From Candidatus Nealsonbacteria bacterium (lineage in GTDB: Bacteria; Patescibacteriota; Minisyncoccia; Minisyncoccales; UBA6532), in assembly GCA_016186485.1 (NCBI GenBank), contig JACPLN010000007.1, positions 33,603 to 97,602 on the forward strand: 64,000 nt of DNA, read 5' to 3'. Position 1 is the stretch's first letter. Each line of letters starts with the position of its first letter. A model generated the notes under the pieces. That model ran no database searches. It saw only the letters and a program-made list of their open reading frames with translations, and was not told the DNA's origin. Below are positions 61,591 through 64,000 of the stretch, piece by piece. A program made the translations under genes and the position numbers.

Positions 61591-62673
61591 ATGAATGACC
61601 ATCCTGTTATACAAATAGTGGGAAGGAAGATTGGGTTGGATTACCCCTGTTTTGTTGTTGCTGAAATGTCGGGCAATCACCAGCAGAAATTTGAGGAAGC
61701 AGAAGCGATTTTAAGGGCGGCGGCGAAAGCTGGAGCCGACGCCGTCAAACTTCAACACTATTTGCCAGAAACCATGACTTTAGATTCTAAGAAAGAATGG
61801 TTTGTGGTTAGGTCAGACAAGAAAGATACCCCCGAAGCCTGGGCGGGCCAGCCGCTCTTTGACCTTTACAAGATCGCTTACACCCCCTGGGATTGGTACC
61901 CTAAGTTGAAAAAAGTTTCTGATGAGTTAGGGATTATTCTTTTTTCCACTCCTTTTGACGCTACCGCGGTTGATTATCTTGAAAAGCACGGCGCCCCTTG
62001 CTATAAAATTGCTTCTTACGAAGCGACCGATATTCCTCTTTTGGCGAAGGCAGCAAAGACAAAGAAGCCAGTGATTATATCGGTAGGCTTTGCCTCCCGA
62101 AGGGAGGTAGACGAAGCAGTTAAAACCTTGAGAGAAAATGGAGCCAAAGAGATCGCGGTTCTCCATTGCGTGACCGGGTATTCTGGAAGTCCAAAAGACG
62201 AAGAAATGAATCTTAGGACTATTCGCGACATTAGAGAGAGGTTCGGGGTTGTTAGCGGTTTTTCAAACAACAACGCCGGCATTGATACATCGGTAACCGC
62301 TGCCATTGCGGGAGCCTCCATTTTAGAACAGCATCTAACCTTAGAAAGAGCTAAGGGAGCCATTGATTCTGCTTTTTCCATTGAGCCGGATGAATTGACA
62401 GAGATGGTCAGGCGCATTCGCCGGGCAGAGAAAATGTTGGGAATAGTTCACTACGGCACTCAAAGCCCCACAGAAGAAAAAAACAAACATTTCCGCCGCA
62501 GCCTTTGGGCGGTAAAAAACATTAAAAAGGGGGAGGGATTAACTAAAGAAAATGTCAGGGTTTTAAGACCCCAAGTCGGCCTTTTGCCGAAGTTCTACAA
62601 CGAGGTTTTGGGCAAAACTGCAGCCAAAGATATTGAGGCCGTTACCCCGCTTACCAAAGACTTAATTGCTTAA
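61591..62673 (+). CDS. pseI: PseI/NeuB-family nonulosonate synthase with altered metal-ligand motif
   Basis: CFVVAEMSGNHQQ, AGADAVKLQ, YKIASYE, C-terminal SAF-like domain (FRRSLWAVKNIKKGEGLTKENVRVLRP). The canonical G-x-S-D-H motif reads GFSNNNAG; the second His (EQH) is retained 21 residues later. Confidence 0.75.
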   Translation: MNDHPVIQIVGRKIGLDYPCFVVAEMSGNHQQKFEEAEAILRAAAKAGADAVKLQHYLPETMTLDSKKEWFVVRSDKKDTPEAWAGQPLFDLYKIAYTPWDWYPKLKKVSDELGIILFSTPFDATAVDYLEKHGAPCYKIASYEATDIPLLAKAAKTKKPVIISVGFASRREVDEAVKTLRENGAKEIAVLHCVTGYSGSPKDEEMNLRTIRDIRERFGVVSGFSNNNAGIDTSVTAAIAGASILEQHLTLERAKGAIDSAFSIEPDELTEMVRRIRRAEKMLGIVHYGTQSPTEEKNKHFRRSLWAVKNIKKGEGLTKENVRVLRPQVGLLPKFYNEVLGKTAAKDIEAVTPLTKDLIA

Positions 62674-62674
62674 A

Positions 62675-63730
62675 ATGCCCCATCAAATCTTAAGATTGGT
62701 TAAAGAGCTGAAAAAAGAGAAACCGGAAAAAGCCGATGCAATTATTTGGCTTCAGGGCGATAGATATGACCGCGCGATGAAGGTTTTTAATCTTTTCAAA
62801 GGTGGTTTTGCTCCAAAGATATTGATTTCGGGGAATAGTAAGCTGGAAACGAGACGAGGAGAAGATCATATTAATCTTGAAGCCATGGTTGAATGGCTGA
62901 AGAAAAAAGGAATAGGACCGGATAAAATTTTATTTGACAGCAATTCTTTCAATACCAAAGATCAGGCCAGAAACTCGCTAAAGCTAGCCAAGAGACTAAA
63001 TTGGAAAAAGATTATTTTGGTTGGATCTCTTTATTATCAGCCAAGAGCTTTCTTAACGTTTTTGAAAGAAAGCAAAAGAATTGGCTGGAAAGGAAAATTA
63101 ATAAATCAACCCGCCCAGCTTAATTTAAATAAGATAGCTTCTAGCAGGGATAAGAAAGCTAAAGAATTGATTCCCCAAGAGATAATAAAGGTTATAAAAT
63201 ATGGAATAAACGAAATAAATGGAAAGCGAGTTTATTTGAAACCCCTGACTGCAAAGCAGGCCACAAAACGATATTGCAGCTGGATAAACGATCCAGAAGT
63301 TAACCGCTGGCTGGTCGTGAAAAGTACTACCGTAGAAAAGTTAAGGAAATATATAAAAGAAAAAAACAGTGATCAAAATTGCCTACTTTTGGGCATATTT
63401 TTGAATGAGAACGGTAAGCATATAGGAAACGTCAAGCTAGAGCCCATAGAGTTTGATAAAAAGAAGGCGATGCTTGGGATAATGATAGGCGAGAAGTCCT
63501 GCTGGGGTCAGGGCCTGGGTTCTGAAGCCGTGAGATTGCTGTCTGATTTCGCTTTCAAAGAGCTGGGGTTAAAAGAAATATATCTTGGCGTTGACCCGGA
63601 AAACAAGAGAGGAATTAAGTTTTATGAAAGATTGGGTTTTGAGTACGTAGGCACAAGGACCATAAAGGTTCCTTACGAAGGAAAAATAATTGAAGTGACA
63701 GAGTACGGCATGTCTATTTTTGCAAAATAA
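62675..63730 (+). CDS. Fusion protein: DUF218/YdcF-like domain plus GNAT (RimJ/RimL-like) N-acetyltransferase domain
   Basis: N-terminal ADAIIWLQGDRYDR...ILISG...NTKDQA...ILVGSLYYQPRA. C-terminal WGQGLGSEAVRLL...GVDPENKRGIKFYERLGFE. The ORF is also open from a TTG at 62666. Confidence 0.6.
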   Translation: MPHQILRLVKELKKEKPEKADAIIWLQGDRYDRAMKVFNLFKGGFAPKILISGNSKLETRRGEDHINLEAMVEWLKKKGIGPDKILFDSNSFNTKDQARNSLKLAKRLNWKKIILVGSLYYQPRAFLTFLKESKRIGWKGKLINQPAQLNLNKIASSRDKKAKELIPQEIIKVIKYGINEINGKRVYLKPLTAKQATKRYCSWINDPEVNRWLVVKSTTVEKLRKYIKEKNSDQNCLLLGIFLNENGKHIGNVKLEPIEFDKKKAMLGIMIGEKSCWGQGLGSEAVRLLSDFAFKELGLKEIYLGVDPENKRGIKFYERLGFEYVGTRTIKVPYEGKIIEVTEYGMSIFAK

Positions 63731-63734
63731 TAAA

Positions 63735-64000
63735 ATGAGAAACTTTAATAGAACCAATATTTTTTTCAAAAAGGCCAGGAAGATTATTCCTTTATCTTCG
63801 CAAACCTTCAGCAAAAGCTATTTGGTGTACACTTTGGGCCGCGCTCCGCTTTTTATTGAGAGAGGAGAAGGCGCTTATGTTTGGGATATAGACGGCAACA
63901 AATATCTGGATATGATAAGCGCTTTATTGCCTGTTATTTTGGGGTATCAATATCCCGCCGTTGATAGGGCAATTGAAAAGCAGTTAAAAAAAGGAATTAT
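63735..64000 (+). CDS. Class III aminotransferase (glutamate-1-semialdehyde aminomutase-like), 3' end cut by window edge
   Basis: Hand translation MRNFNRTNIFFKKARKIIPLSSQTFSKSYL...RGEGAYVWDIDGNKYLDMISALLPVILGYQYPAVD, typical of the N-terminus of class III PLP aminotransferases. Confidence 0.6.
   Translation, partial: MRNFNRTNIFFKKARKIIPLSSQTFSKSYLVYTLGRAPLFIERGEGAYVWDIDGNKYLDMISALLPVILGYQYPAVDRAIEKQLKKGI

Noticed and set aside
9354-62417. Other nested track ORFs (e.g. 9461..9883, 15460..15837, 23483..23956, 27642..28064, 34076..34441, 36080..36481, 54408..54899, 56635..57174, 57174..57638, 62016..62417)
   Set aside because: Each lies wholly inside or antisense to a gene with clear family motifs. 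None has a recognisable motif or RBS of its own.
1-64000. Defence systems, toxin-antitoxin pairs, prophage or transposon content
   Set aside because: I saw no nuclease, helicase, reverse transcriptase, integrase, transposase or phage structural motifs in any of the translated ORFs. The window reads as biosynthetic throughout.
1-64000. Assigning the organism to a specific phylum (e.g. Patescibacteria/CPR)
   Set aside because: The only hints are AT-rich composition, the orphan fused E1, the short Ugd and the wall-binding surface protein. There is no marker gene (rRNA, ribosomal protein) in the window, so the lineage is left open.

Overview
The window is AT-rich (about 41% GC where I hand-counted) and gene-dense. 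I call about 63 protein-coding genes, arranged in long operons with many ATGA/TAATG start-stop overlaps. I recognised no rRNA, tRNA, CRISPR array, transposase or integrase.

It opens with two secreted Thr/Ser/Ala/Gly-rich surface proteins. The first is truncated by the window edge. The second carries a signal peptide, an FN3-like segment and a peptidoglycan-binding domain. Almost everything after them is a cell-surface glycan synthesis and decoration island:
- 8 GT4/GT1-type glycosyltransferases
- 3 GT2 polyprenyl-phosphate-sugar-synthase-like enzymes
- at least 5 polytopic GT-C-like membrane proteins and one 4-TM SMR/ArnE-like protein
- 7 methyltransferase domains
- a NodU/CmcH carbamoyltransferase and an OTC-like transcarbamylase

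Nucleotide-sugar pathways I can read from motifs:
- UDP-GlcA, then UDP-Xyl (UXS) and an ArnA-decarboxylase-like / CE4 / DegT set that looks like an Ara4N-type amino-pentose route
- GDP-Man, then Gmd and Fcl, plus an Fcl paralog lacking the epimerase acid/base residues next to a sugar C-methyltransferase
- a KdsB-like CMP-ulosonate activation operon flanked by two HpcH/HpaI aldolases, with no KdsA
- a pseudaminic-acid set (PseB, PseC, GNAT, PseI-like) with WbuX/WbuZ-type amidination genes

Best candidates for something undescribed:
1. Duplicated GT2 + small flippase + GT-C modules in a roughly 20-kb operon with the GDP-6-deoxyhexose genes, next to the surface proteins. This suggests lipid-linked extracytoplasmic glycosylation with unusual sugars.
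2. An aldolase-based route to a CMP-activated ulosonic acid.
3. A carbamoyltransferase module with SxtJ-like and SxtK/DUF5989-like mini-proteins. The second is a 57-aa ORF missing from the supplied track.

Non-genic oddities:
- a roughly 68% GC / 87% GC3 island inside a stand-alone promoter-to-terminator unit
- a perfect 66-bp tandem repeat that folds into long hairpins
- heptanucleotide repeats inside glycosyltransferase genes

All functional calls come from motif recognition by eye. No database search was possible. The lineage is unknown; an uncultivated small-genome bacterium is only a guess.
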